This document shows, piece after piece, positions 35,952 to 45,315 of a stretch of DNA of 56,784 bases. How positions within the stretch are numbered: position 1 is the stretch's first letter; each line of letters opens with the position of its first letter. Below the pieces are notes generated by a model. The model had not been told where the DNA came from and ran no database searches. It saw nothing but the letters and a program-made list of their open reading frames with translations. Source of the DNA: an uncultured Candidatus Saccharibacteria bacterium. Lineage in GTDB: Bacteria > Patescibacteriota > Minisyncoccia > Sungbacterales > HO2-52-23. Location: contig CAYHON010000002.1 of the NCBI GenBank assembly GCA_964358425.1, positions 9,350 to 66,133 of the forward strand, written 5' to 3'. The position numbers and the translations under genes are program-made.

Positions 35952-36716
35952 TTATTTTTTATATTTAAGAGCGTCTTCTATTATAGTTTGGAATCCTTTG
36001 GGTAGCCGCATGGCTTCGGCCTCGCTCTGTAGAAAAGGTACGGCGCCTACCAATCTTTCTCCGTTGACGAAGTTGGTCGGCGTGCCGTCTATTTCCAGGG
36101 TAGTCGCGTCGGCCATATCTTTGGCAATGATTTTTTTAATCTCCTCCGAATCCATATCTTTGACAAACTTGTCGTCGTTTAGTCCGATACTGCGCGCGTA
36201 AGACACGAAAGTGCTTTGCGGATTGGGCAGGCTGGACCATTCGACTTGGCGGACAAAAAGCAGGTTGTGCATCTCCCAGAATTTATCCTGGAGCCTCGCC
36301 GCTTCCGAGGCCTGCGCCGCGGGCAAGGCGTTGGGATGGATGCCGGTCAAGGGGAAATGACGGTACACGAACCTTACTCGCCCGGTTTTTACATATTTTT
36401 CTATGATATCTTTCTCGGCGGTTTGAAAAAATTTATCGCAATAGGGGCACTGAAAATCGCTGAATTCCACTATTGTCACCGGAGCATCGGGTTTGCCCAT
36501 GGAAGCGCTGTTAGCCGCCAGCTGTTCGCCGGTTAAGGTTAAGGCTTCAGCGGGGAGGGCTACCGCCGCGGGCTGTTTGGAAATACGCGGGCCGGTGGAA
36601 TAAATAACTGCTCCGGCTATCAAAACCCCCGCCAAGAGTATAGAGCCGGCTATTACATAAGGGGTCTCTTCTTTCTTATCCGACGCTGTTTTCGCGGTTT
36701 TTTGTTCTTCTTCCAT
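35952..36716 (-). CDS. DsbA-family thiol:disulfide oxidoreductase (membrane anchored)
   Basis: N-terminal TM segment, then FSDFQCPYCDKF (CPYC) in a thioredoxin fold. Confidence 0.8.
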   Translation of the reverse strand: MEEEQKTAKTASDKKEETPYVIAGSILLAGVLIAGAVIYSTGPRISKQPAAVALPAEALTLTGEQLAANSASMGKPDAPVTIVEFSDFQCPYCDKFFQTAEKDIIEKYVKTGRVRFVYRHFPLTGIHPNALPAAQASEAARLQDKFWEMHNLLFVRQVEWSSLPNPQSTFVSYARSIGLNDDKFVKDMDSEEIKKIIAKDMADATTLEIDGTPTNFVNGERLVGAVPFLQSEAEAMRLPKGFQTIIEDALKYKK

Positions 36717-36744
36717 TTTTAAGTTTTAGTTGATTGTAGGAGCT

Positions 36745-37974
36745 TTATTTTATCACCGGTATCTCGTTGATGTCAAAATCAAAAGTGGATAATTTTTGCC
36801 GGTAGGAGCCGATGTTTGTTTTGGTTTCTATAAGCTTGGCTATGGCGTTTTTATCTTTGAAACGGTTTATCAGAAAGGCTCCGGTGATGATGTCTCCTTT
36901 TAAAAATATCCTCTCGTATAGGTCTTTGTAATTATCATAACGCACTATGCTCTCCAAATTGTTTCGGCATTCGCCAAGACAGGTCAGATGGAATCCCAGA
37001 TTGGTAAGAGAATAAAAGGGCAGACTGCTGAAGGGCTCTTTTTGGCCCGCCATATTGAGCCCGACTCTTTTTCCCTGCAGGAAAGCGGTGGTCCAGTTGC
37101 CGCATAGATTGTATTGGCCGAGCGGGGGGTCGTAATACTCGGCGACGTCTCCGGCGGCATATACTTGCGGTTGGCTGGTTTCAAAGAATTCGTTGGTGCG
37201 TATACCTCTGTTTCCGACCTCCACCCCGCTATTTTTGAGAAAATCCATATTGCGCTCTATACCTATGCCCACGGCGATGGCGTCGCAGTTGATATTTGCG
37301 GTTTGATGGGTGGTTATGGCGAGGCCCTGATCCGAACTAAAGATAGAATCTACCCGGTCGTCGGAAATGACCTGTATTCCGTAGCGGGCCATATTTTTTT
37401 TCATCAGCTCGGTGCCTTGTTCTTCCAGCATCCCGCCGAAAAAATTTTCTTCTTTGGTAAGCAGGGTTGTCTCGGACTTGTTGACCGCCAAAATCTCCAA
37501 AAACTCCAGCGCGATAAAAGAGCCGCCCACCACCACAGCTTTTTTTATTTTCTCCAAATTATTAAATAGGCGGTCGGCATCGTCTATCGTCTGCAGGCGG
37601 TAGATAAAATTTTGTCCCTCGTCTTTTTCCCATTTCCGCACTTTTCCGCCGGAGGCGAGCAGCAATTTTTTGAATCCGATAAACTGGCCGGATGACAGCT
37701 CCACCTCGCGGCGGCTCATCTTTATGGAGACGGCCTCCATTTGCGGCAGGAAATCTATCTTTTTTTGGGCAAAATCATCCAGCCTTCTTAAAAATAGTTT
37801 ATCCCGGCTGACGCGCCTCTTTAGATAAGACGGCAAAAGCACCCGGGAATATAAAGGATATGGTTCGGAAGAAATTATGGCGACGGTTGATTCGGGATCT
37901 TTTTCCCGGATAGTTTCTGCGGCGGTGACGCCGGCTACTCCCCCGCCGATTATAAGATAGTCATAGTAAGACAT
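36745..37974 (-). CDS. FAD-dependent pyridine nucleotide-disulfide oxidoreductase
   Basis: Motifs IIGGGVAGVTAA, a second Rossmann fold VVGGSFIALE, and AAGDVAEY. Confidence 0.8.
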   Translation of the reverse strand: MSYYDYLIIGGGVAGVTAAETIREKDPESTVAIISSEPYPLYSRVLLPSYLKRRVSRDKLFLRRLDDFAQKKIDFLPQMEAVSIKMSRREVELSSGQFIGFKKLLLASGGKVRKWEKDEGQNFIYRLQTIDDADRLFNNLEKIKKAVVVGGSFIALEFLEILAVNKSETTLLTKEENFFGGMLEEQGTELMKKNMARYGIQVISDDRVDSIFSSDQGLAITTHQTANINCDAIAVGIGIERNMDFLKNSGVEVGNRGIRTNEFFETSQPQVYAAGDVAEYYDPPLGQYNLCGNWTTAFLQGKRVGLNMAGQKEPFSSLPFYSLTNLGFHLTCLGECRNNLESIVRYDNYKDLYERIFLKGDIITGAFLINRFKDKNAIAKLIETKTNIGSYRQKLSTFDFDINEIPVIK

Positions 37975-37975
37975 A

Positions 37976-38128
37976 CCCCGTATATCAACCTCGATAAGAG
38001 CATTTGTCTTATATCTGCCGCTATCTCAGTTGTAATAAAATCAATAATAAAATACTTAAATTAATCTCACAAATAAATATAATCAAATGCCCCTAGATGT
38101 GGCAGATAATCGAGGTTGTATTACGGGG
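37976..38128. repeat. About 150-bp element bounded by 20-bp inverted repeats (17/20 match) around an AT-rich core
   Basis: CCCCGTATATCAACCTCGAT (37976-95) pairs with ATCGAGGTTGTATTACGGGG (38109-28). A second tier is ATCTGCCGC/GTGGCAGAT. It exactly fills the spacer between rseP and the oxidoreductase. Confidence 0.8.
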
Positions 38129-38132
38129 CATA

Positions 38133-39200
38133 TCAGAAAATTCGGACTATATCCCGATAAGTCACCAAAACCATCAGAGCTATGAGCAAGGCGAAGCTTA
38201 TCAGGTGAGCTAAATTCTCCCATTCTACCTTGACCTTCTTTCCTCTGATTTTTTCAATTATTAAAAATAAAACCCGCCCGCCGTCAAGGGCGGGAATAGG
38301 CAAAAAATTAAGCACGGCCAGATTAACCGAAAGGATGCCGACGAATTGGGTCAGGTAGGCTAGGCCCAGCATCCGGGTGTCGTTGACGAGGAAAAATATG
38401 CCTACGGGTCCCGCCACGGCCGCCACCATCTTTCTTTCCATAACCAGATTTTTCAGAAGTTCGGCCAATCCCAGGATAGTAAGGAAAAGACTGTTGTAGA
38501 GCATTTTGAAACCCTCTATCGGCGCCTTGTACCAAGGCACTTGGCGGAGGGAAATCCTGGCCAAAGCGATGCCCAGCGACCCCTCGTTGGCCGCGATGTC
38601 TTTGCGGGGTGTAGCTTTTATTTCTTGGAGATTTTGACCGCGACGTATAACAAGAGTTATTTCTTCTCCGCGGTGGGTATCGGTGAAATTGCGCACGTCT
38701 TGCTCTGTGCTTATCGGCAGGGAGGTTTTAATATCTCGCATCTCCACAATCTTATCTCCAAATTTTAATCCGGCCTGCTCGGCTGGAGTGTTGGGCAGAA
38801 CTTCAATGATAGACACCGGCAGTACTTCCGTGGATTCATCCACGGCTTCCGGTATGCCGGCCATGCTCCCCGCGCTGAAAAGAACCCAGGCCAGCACCAA
38901 ATTCATAAAAACTCCGGCGGCAAGCACGACAAATCTTTGCCACGCCGGACGGGAGGCAAAACTGTCTTTGTTGTCTTCCCCCTCCCCATGCTCGCCGTAA
39001 ATTTTTACGTATCCTCCAAAAGGTAGCCAGTTTACGGAATAGCGGATGCCGTTTTTGACGCGAGACCAAAGTTTGGGCGGAAAACCAAAGCCGAACTCCT
39101 CTACCCGTATTTTTAAAAATCTGGCCGCGTAAAAATGCCCCAGCTCATGGGCGAGTACCAGAATACTGATAACGATGATTACTAATATGAATGTAAGCAT
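38133..39200 (-). CDS. rseP: RIP metalloprotease RseP (site-2 protease, M50)
   Basis: HELGHF zinc motif in TM1, a PDZ segment, and the C-terminal NLLPIPALDGG motif. Confidence 0.85.
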   Translation of the reverse strand: MLTFILVIIVISILVLAHELGHFYAARFLKIRVEEFGFGFPPKLWSRVKNGIRYSVNWLPFGGYVKIYGEHGEGEDNKDSFASRPAWQRFVVLAAGVFMNLVLAWVLFSAGSMAGIPEAVDESTEVLPVSIIEVLPNTPAEQAGLKFGDKIVEMRDIKTSLPISTEQDVRNFTDTHRGEEITLVIRRGQNLQEIKATPRKDIAANEGSLGIALARISLRQVPWYKAPIEGFKMLYNSLFLTILGLAELLKNLVMERKMVAAVAGPVGIFFLVNDTRMLGLAYLTQFVGILSVNLAVLNFLPIPALDGGRVLFLIIEKIRGKKVKVEWENLAHLISFALLIALMVLVTYRDIVRIF

Positions 39201-39223
39201 TTATATTATTTCTTGAGTAAAGA

Positions 39224-39487
39224 TTATTTATAAATCTCGTGAGTGCCGATGTTTATAAAACCGACATCTTTTTTGTTCACCATAAATTTAAACATAATTC
39301 GATATTGACCGATAATTGTAAAGGATAAATAATCTCTATATTTGCCGTGAAGTTTATGAGTTTCTAATTTCGAATCAAACGGATTATTCAAAAACAAGCT
39401 TTCCTTTTCCAAGAAAGCCTGTTGCACGAATCTCGGCATCTTTTTCAACGATTTCCCGAACTTGGAAGAGTAAAAAACCCGCCGCAT
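39224..39487 (-). CDS. RelE/ParE-superfamily type II toxin (probable)
   Basis: 87 aa. The pattern F..L..NPFD..L..HKLHGKYRDYLSFTI.GQYRIMF fits RelE/YoeB-like mRNA interferases. It is preceded by a small partner ORF. Confidence 0.6.
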   Translation of the reverse strand: MRRVFYSSKFGKSLKKMPRFVQQAFLEKESLFLNNPFDSKLETHKLHGKYRDYLSFTIIGQYRIMFKFMVNKKDVGFINIGTHEIYK

Positions 39488-39501
39488 AATCTTGCACCGA
39501 T

Positions 39502-39729
39502 TTATTTTGATTTTCTAGCTGTGCCGAGTATTTCAGAAAAAGTGGAAGCTTTCTTTAGTTTCTTGTTCTGATATTCCTTTTCAAAAACATGGATGGTTTC
39601 ATCAGTATCTTTTTCTTCACGCAAAAGCCGTTTCTTCAATCCGGTTATCTCATCATATTCAGCGCGGGGAATTATTATAAGCTCACCCTTTTGAGCTAAT
39701 TTTTTGGGTATAGTGAGGATATTGACCAT
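39502..39729 (-). CDS. Putative antitoxin partner
   Basis: About 75 aa starting MVNILTIPKKLAQKGELIIIPRAEYDE (SpoVT/AbrB-like beta start). It lies 14 nt upstream of the toxin. The tracked ORF is extended to 39765. Confidence 0.4.
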   Translation of the reverse strand: MVNILTIPKKLAQKGELIIIPRAEYDEITGLKKRLLREEKDTDETIHVFEKEYQNKKLKKASTFSEILGTARKSK

Positions 39730-39757
39730 AAATAGGATTATAACAGATTTTATTTGT

Positions 39758-41550
39758 TTATACAATCTCGCTATTGTAACAGCTTTCGCAGTATATTATC
39801 TCCTTTCTCTCGGGACTGTAAGAGGTCTCAAACTCGTTGGGACAGGATTGGTCGCTGTGAAAATGAGTAGTTTGGTTTTGATAAATTATTATTGATTCTT
39901 GATTCTGACTTCTGGATTCTTTCCCATTGCACATACATCTCCTCTTCCAGAGCTTCAGGGGATTCCTCTGCTTCAATCGTGAATAATGCCTACAGTTGGG
40001 ACAGAGTCTGGGTAAGGGCAGGTTCATCTTACGGTAGAACTCCAGCTCTTGAGGGATGATACGAAAAGCCGAGGTACATTGTTCGTTACAAGTACCTTGG
40101 TGGCTACAGCCTATGTTTTGGGTAAGAATAGAGTCATCTACGTCTTTGATATGGTCGGGGAGGGATTCGGGGGTCAGGTTTATGGTGTATTCTCTCTTTT
40201 CATCTTCTTTCCAAGTGTAGCCTTGAGCTATGGCTTCCTCCTTAGTCAGAGGGAAGTATTCTTGAGCTATGGTCTCATTGTAGGAGAAGGGAGAGAGTTC
40301 AGGAGGAAAGAACTCTCCATACCTGTATATCCTTCCTTTAGAGTCGGTGTAGGGCATAGAGTTCATATGCTCTATGATCTGGGATATCAGCTTCTCATAG
40401 TCTTCTTTGGAGTATTGGCGGTTGAGGATACAATAGGACTTATTGCGGAGGCCCACACAACCAAATAGATTGTTGGAGTTGTGGCAGTTGAAGGAGTATT
40501 CAACGTCGTGGCTTCTGTAAACAACTATGGTGAATTTTACTCTTGAACCGGATATACCCGAATCTACCGATTCATAAAGCAAATCCACTCCTCCACCAAC
40601 CCCATAGCCATCATAGGAGTCTTTCATACCCATACCCCCCCAGACGGCGTATTTAGAATCCTCTACCCCCACCACATCAAAACACTGATAACAATTTTTA
40701 GTATTGCCAACTATATCCCCCACTACATCCACGATTTTAAAAGAATACATATATTTTCTAGGGAAGTTTAGTATCGTCTGCCCATATGTTTCTTTTAATT
40801 CCGTTAGTTTTTTATAACTTCCCAGATCAAAATTTTTGATGGCTTTTTTATAATCTTCTTTGGAGTAAGGTTTATTAAAAATATAATAAGATTTATTTCT
40901 TAAGCCCGTACAACCGAAACAGTCCGAACAGTTTCGGCAGTCAAACAAAAAAGCCGAGTTACTACAGTCCTCGCAGCCAAAAGAAAATAAAATTTTATAT
41001 GATGTTCCAGAATTGACCGTCTCATAAGATAAGTCCAAGTGGTCAACTAAATATAAATCAGCCGAATCTTTGGAAGAAGCTACTCGGTTGGAATAAAGTA
41101 TGTTTTCACTTCGCCAAGCCGCAGAAATCAAAAAAAGAATTCTTGCTATCTTCGGCGTGGTTGGCGTAATCAGAGTTTACGGCGTTGGTGTTGAACAGGG
41201 CTATGGCTGGAGTATTTTTTAATAGTTCCCCGAACTGGATAAAAAATAATTTTTGGGGCTCATACTTCAAACCAAATTGAATCGGGTCCCATTGATCCGA
41301 CCACCAATATTTTTGGTCATATATCTTAGCATCTGCCCCGGGGTGATAGATAGAAATAACATCTTCCTGATGACCAGGAGCTCGGCATTTATTTTTTATA
41401 TAAAACTCGTTCATTGCGCCAGGCCATTCTTCTAACCATCCGACACTCCGGACACCACGTCGGCGGAGGGACTTTTATTTTGGAATAGAATTGCAGATCA
41501 TCATCAGTGACCTCAAATGAGTTTTTGCAGTTTTGGCACTCTTTGTTCAT
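39758..41550 (-). pseudogene. Cys-rich zinc-ribbon repeat protein gene split in three by two +1 frameshifts at homopolymers
   Basis: The pieces are 41389..41550 (MNKECQNCK...), 41106..about 41395 and 39758..about 41125. They read as one protein if one base is removed from A6 (coding strand, + strand 41392-97) and from T7 (+ strand 41130-36). The module FY.K...P.P..CP.CR occurs at both ends. The internal duplicate is C.NC.DCFGC.GLRNKSY.I.N..YSKEDY. Confidence 0.6.
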
Positions 41551-41559
41551 ATCTTCTCG

Positions 41560-41594
41560 CCCTCCCAAATTTTGCGTAGCAAAACTTGGGAGGG
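41560..41594 (-). promoter_or_regulatory. 16-bp hairpin sequestering the Shine-Dalgarno of the Cys-rich gene
   Basis: The mRNA reads CCCUCCCAAGUUUUGC-uac-GCAAAAUUUGGGAGGG, then 9 nt, then AUG (41550). The GGGAGGG SD is base-paired with a perfect anti-SD CCCUCCC. Confidence 0.6.
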
Positions 41595-41695
41595 TAAATA
41601 AAACAAAAAATCCTCGGGTTCTATTACAAACTCGTTTTGGCAATTCTGGCAGATTTTAGTTTCCGTATTCATTCTTAATTCTTGATTCTTGCTTC

Positions 41696-42493
41696 TTAAT
41701 TCTTTGGAGACATATGTATCAAATATTCTTTATTCCCCTTATCCCCGCGGATGGGCGACTCCATAGTATTTTTTATTTTCCAGCCGTTTGACTCGGCCCA
41801 CTTTTTAAAACCTTCCAGCAGATTTTCCCGGTCCTGATCGGTTTTTATAATTCCGTGATGCAAGAGGCTTTGGTCCCGGGTCTGATACTGGGGTTTGAAA
41901 AGGGCCACTACTTCTCCTTTGGGAGACAAGAATCTACGCACGGCCGGCAGGATGTTTTCCAAAGGAATCAAGGATACGTCAATCGTAACAAGGTCTACTT
42001 CTTCGGGCAACTTGCCCCCACACCATAACGGAGATCGCGTTTCGCGTGAATTCTTATTTATCTCCGTTTGGTGTGGGGGTGAATCCAAACTGCGCACATC
42101 GGTGTCCTCCATCACCACCACTTTGGGATTTTCCCTGATTTTAGGCGCCATTTTTCCGCGGGCCGTATCTATGGCGTATACTTTCTCGGCTTCGTGCAAA
42201 AGCAAAATTTCCGTAAAACCGCCGGTAGCCGAGCCAATATCGGCGCAAATTTTCCCGGTCGGATTTATTTCAAAATTTTTCAGCGCCGCTTCCAATTTCA
42301 AGGCTCCTCGGCCGACGTATTTGAACCGTCCGCGGAACTCTATTTTATCTTTTTCGCCTACCATTTGCGCCGGCGAGATGGCTTTATGGCCATTTAGAAA
42401 AACAGCGCCTTCGGTGACTTTCACGAAAGCGTCTGGTTTGTCTCGGACAAGTTTTTGCTCTATGAGAAACTCGTCTAACCGGCGTTTTTTCAT
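41696..42493 (-). CDS. tlyA: TlyA-family rRNA 2'-O-methyltransferase
   Basis: S4 domain (RLDEFLIEQKLV), FtsJ-like motif I DIGSATGGFTE, and VSLI. Confidence 0.85.
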   Translation of the reverse strand: MKKRRLDEFLIEQKLVRDKPDAFVKVTEGAVFLNGHKAISPAQMVGEKDKIEFRGRFKYVGRGALKLEAALKNFEINPTGKICADIGSATGGFTEILLLHEAEKVYAIDTARGKMAPKIRENPKVVVMEDTDVRSLDSPPHQTEINKNSRETRSPLWCGGKLPEEVDLVTIDVSLIPLENILPAVRRFLSPKGEVVALFKPQYQTRDQSLLHHGIIKTDQDRENLLEGFKKWAESNGWKIKNTMESPIRGDKGNKEYLIHMSPKN

Positions 42494-43029
42494 ACCGTCA
42501 TTATTTCTTTCTCTTTGGCGCGATGTATCTCTTCCAGTTTTTTGTTGGCTTCATCCACTTGTTTTTGGACGTCGTTTTTTTGGCGAAATTTTTCGTCTTC
42601 GGATATTTCTTTGGATTTTTCCCGGCGGTCGGTCTCGCGCAGGGAATCCTCCCGGTCTTTTCTGATGCAGATGCGCGCCTCCTCCAAAAATTTGCCTAAG
42701 GTCTTGACCAAGTCTTTGCGGCGCTCCTCGTTTAAGGACGGGATGGCAAGGCGGATGGAATCTTTATCAACCACAGGGTTCATCCCCAGGGAGGAGGCCT
42801 GTATCGCTTTTTCAATCGGCTGGAGGGCGTTTTTATCCCAGGGTTTGATGAGTAACTGGCGTGGCTCGGGGCAGGATAAAGCCGCCAAAGCCTTTAGCGG
42901 AGTTTTGGAGCCGTAATAATCCACCTCTAAATCCTCCACCAAAGCCGGAGTGGCGCGCCCTGTACGTAAAGACGATATTTCATTTTTGAAATATTCCAGA
43001 GTTTTTTCAAGTTTTTCTTTTAGGTTCAT
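42490..43029 (-). CDS. frr: Ribosome recycling factor
   Basis: 179 aa with RTGRATPALVEDLEVDYYG. It is preceded by AAGGAGGAG. Confidence 0.9.
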   Translation of the reverse strand: MNLKEKLEKTLEYFKNEISSLRTGRATPALVEDLEVDYYGSKTPLKALAALSCPEPRQLLIKPWDKNALQPIEKAIQASSLGMNPVVDKDSIRLAIPSLNEERRKDLVKTLGKFLEEARICIRKDREDSLRETDRREKSKEISEDEKFRQKNDVQKQVDEANKKLEEIHRAKEKEIMTV

Positions 43030-43106
43030 TGTTCTCTCTCCTCCTTTGTGCTAAGCGGGGCAAAGTTTAAATATTTAAAAATATCAGGATATCGACGAGC
43101 GGCTAT

Positions 43107-44279
43107 TTATTGAAACACCGCCAGCATCAGATCCGGTTTCAGCGGATTTATATAAATTGTTTTTATTTTCCGCGAGGACGGCAGGCTGATTATTTTCCAA
43201 TGTATGCCCTGGTCCGCGCTTTTATAAAGCTGGTATCCGGCGCCAACAAAAAGATTGTCCGAATTTTTAGGGTTTAAAACCACCGTACTCAAATCCGAGG
43301 TATCGGGCGGAAGAGGTATCTGCAGGTTTTGCCAGGAGCCTCCCCCATTAAAAGAACGGGCTATCAGATTGGGGAAGCCAACGTATAAAAGTCCGGGGGC
43401 AAGTGGCGACATAGCCAGCGATTCTATATTTCTTCGGAAACTAAAAGGCGAGCCTTTAAGAGTAAAAAGATCTTTGGAGCCGGTTTGCTGGTAGGTGGCT
43501 TGCAAGTCGGCTGCTATTTGAGTGCTTATGTCCGTCCAATTTTCTCCGGTGTCCAGTGTTTTGAGAATTAAAAAAGAGGAGGTCACCAGATACATCTCGC
43601 TTTCGGCCCGCGGATTTACTAAAAGACGAATCAACGACTCACCAAACCATTTCTTGACTCGCCAAGTTTTGCCCCCGTTTACGGTTTCCAAAAATCCTCC
43701 CTGGCCGGTGGTTACGTACACGGTGTCGGCGTTGTATCCGGAGGCGTAGAGATCAAATATGCCGTATCCTTTAGTATTGACGAAATATATTTCGGTAAAA
43801 CTGTCTCCGCCGTCGCTGCTTCTCAAAACTCTTCCCCGGCTGTCCTGATAGACCGCGAGGTAAATAACTTTCGTATTTTGCCGGCTGATAGAAATTTTAT
43901 AAACATCGCTGGCGGGTTTCAACGTACCGGTTTTGTCGGTAACCCTCTGCCAGGTATCTCCGGAGTTGCTGCTTTTCCAAAGACCGGAGGACTTGGTTCC
44001 CAGATATACCGTATTCGGGTTCGTGGGGTGGAAATAAACATTAAGGATTTTGGTGGGGACTTTTTCTCTTTTGTTTTCGGGAGTGTCGGCTTTAGCCCAG
44101 CTTTCTCCGCTATCGCGGGAAATAAGCAGGCCTCCGCTGCCCAGAGCTCCCCGATCCGGTGTCTGACTGGCGCCCGGGAGCCCCAGACCAACAAAATAAA
44201 GCACTCCGGGGATTATGACAAAAAGCGCCAGGACGATGACGAGGATTACCAGAAACAGTCTTTTGGAAAAAGTAGGCAT
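43107..44279 (-). CDS. BNR/Asp-box repeat beta-propeller protein (membrane-anchored or secreted)
   Basis: N-terminal TM segment followed by about seven S/D-x-G-x-x-W boxes: DSGESW, NSGDTW, DGGDSF, NGGKTW, DTGENW, NGGGSW and DQGIHW. Confidence 0.7.
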   Translation of the reverse strand: MPTFSKRLFLVILVIVLALFVIIPGVLYFVGLGLPGASQTPDRGALGSGGLLISRDSGESWAKADTPENKREKVPTKILNVYFHPTNPNTVYLGTKSSGLWKSSNSGDTWQRVTDKTGTLKPASDVYKISISRQNTKVIYLAVYQDSRGRVLRSSDGGDSFTEIYFVNTKGYGIFDLYASGYNADTVYVTTGQGGFLETVNGGKTWRVKKWFGESLIRLLVNPRAESEMYLVTSSFLILKTLDTGENWTDISTQIAADLQATYQQTGSKDLFTLKGSPFSFRRNIESLAMSPLAPGLLYVGFPNLIARSFNGGGSWQNLQIPLPPDTSDLSTVVLNPKNSDNLFVGAGYQLYKSADQGIHWKIISLPSSRKIKTIYINPLKPDLMLAVFQ

Positions 44280-44285
44280 TGTTTA

Positions 44286-45245
44286 TTATTTTATAGTTTC
44301 CAGCAGCAGGGCATCCAAGGCGAGCCGGCTGTTGACGTTGGTTGTCTCCAACAAAGAAAAGATACGGTCTGTTTTTTTTATTTTTTCCGTCAAAATGCGC
44401 GTCTCTTTTTCTTTTCTTTCGAAGGCGAATTTTTTTAGGGAAGATCTTAAAGCCTGAAACGCCAGCTCGGCTATCCGCGCCGTCAATTCCGCATCTTGGC
44501 CGGTCTCCTCTGTCAGCATAAAAAGATGGGATAGGTCTCTCTGGCGAAAGACGAGATCAATTTCTTTGATCAATTTTTCCTCTTGGGCCAGCTGTCCACT
44601 GTCTTCCATAAACTTTCTAGCCCGGCCCGGCCGGCCATACGCGCAGAAAATTATTTTATCCAGCGCATCGGCGGCGAGACCTTCTTTTTTTAACCCGTCG
44701 CGCAGTTCCAAGTCGGCTACGGGATAAAAACCTACGGGTTGAGAGCGCGAAAGAATAGTCGGCAACACGGCCTCGCGATTCTCCGCAATCAGAATAAAAA
44801 GGGCGTTTTCTCCCGGCTCCTCCAATAGCTTCAAAAAAGCATTGGCCGCCTCTGTACTCATTTTATCAGCTTGATTTATTATGGCAATCCTCCACTGAGC
44901 CGACGGGGCGGCTATGGAAAACCGGCGTCTCAACTCCCGGATGTCGTCTATGGGAATATCGCTTCTTTCGTCTTTCTTGGAGACCAGGGTATGCTCCAGA
45001 TCCAGGACCGCGACCCGCGGATGGAGATTGGATTCTATGGCGCGGCAATCATGGCATTCACGGCAGGCGTCGCCCAGAGATTTAGGTTTCTGCGGACAGC
45101 AAAGAGTTTGGGCTAAGATTTTAGCCAAAGTAAACTTGCCCACTCCTTCCGCTCCGTAGAAAAAATAAGCATGGGCAAGTTTGTCTTTTTGCAGGACCTT
45201 ATTAAAATATTCAACCTGGCGAGCGTGGCCGATTATCCTTGACAT
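44286..45245 (-). CDS. holB: DNA polymerase III subunit delta'
   Basis: AAA+-like motif AHAYFFYGAEGVGKFT, a Zn-module-like CCPQKPKSLGDACRECHDC, and SRSQ. Confidence 0.8.
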   Translation of the reverse strand: MSRIIGHARQVEYFNKVLQKDKLAHAYFFYGAEGVGKFTLAKILAQTLCCPQKPKSLGDACRECHDCRAIESNLHPRVAVLDLEHTLVSKKDERSDIPIDDIRELRRRFSIAAPSAQWRIAIINQADKMSTEAANAFLKLLEEPGENALFILIAENREAVLPTILSRSQPVGFYPVADLELRDGLKKEGLAADALDKIIFCAYGRPGRARKFMEDSGQLAQEEKLIKEIDLVFRQRDLSHLFMLTEETGQDAELTARIAELAFQALRSSLKKFAFERKEKETRILTEKIKKTDRIFSLLETTNVNSRLALDALLLETIK

Positions 45246-45315
45246 TTTATATATAATAATACTATTTATTCAGTTTTGAAACACCTTGTCACTTAAATAT
45301 ATTACAACAAAAACC

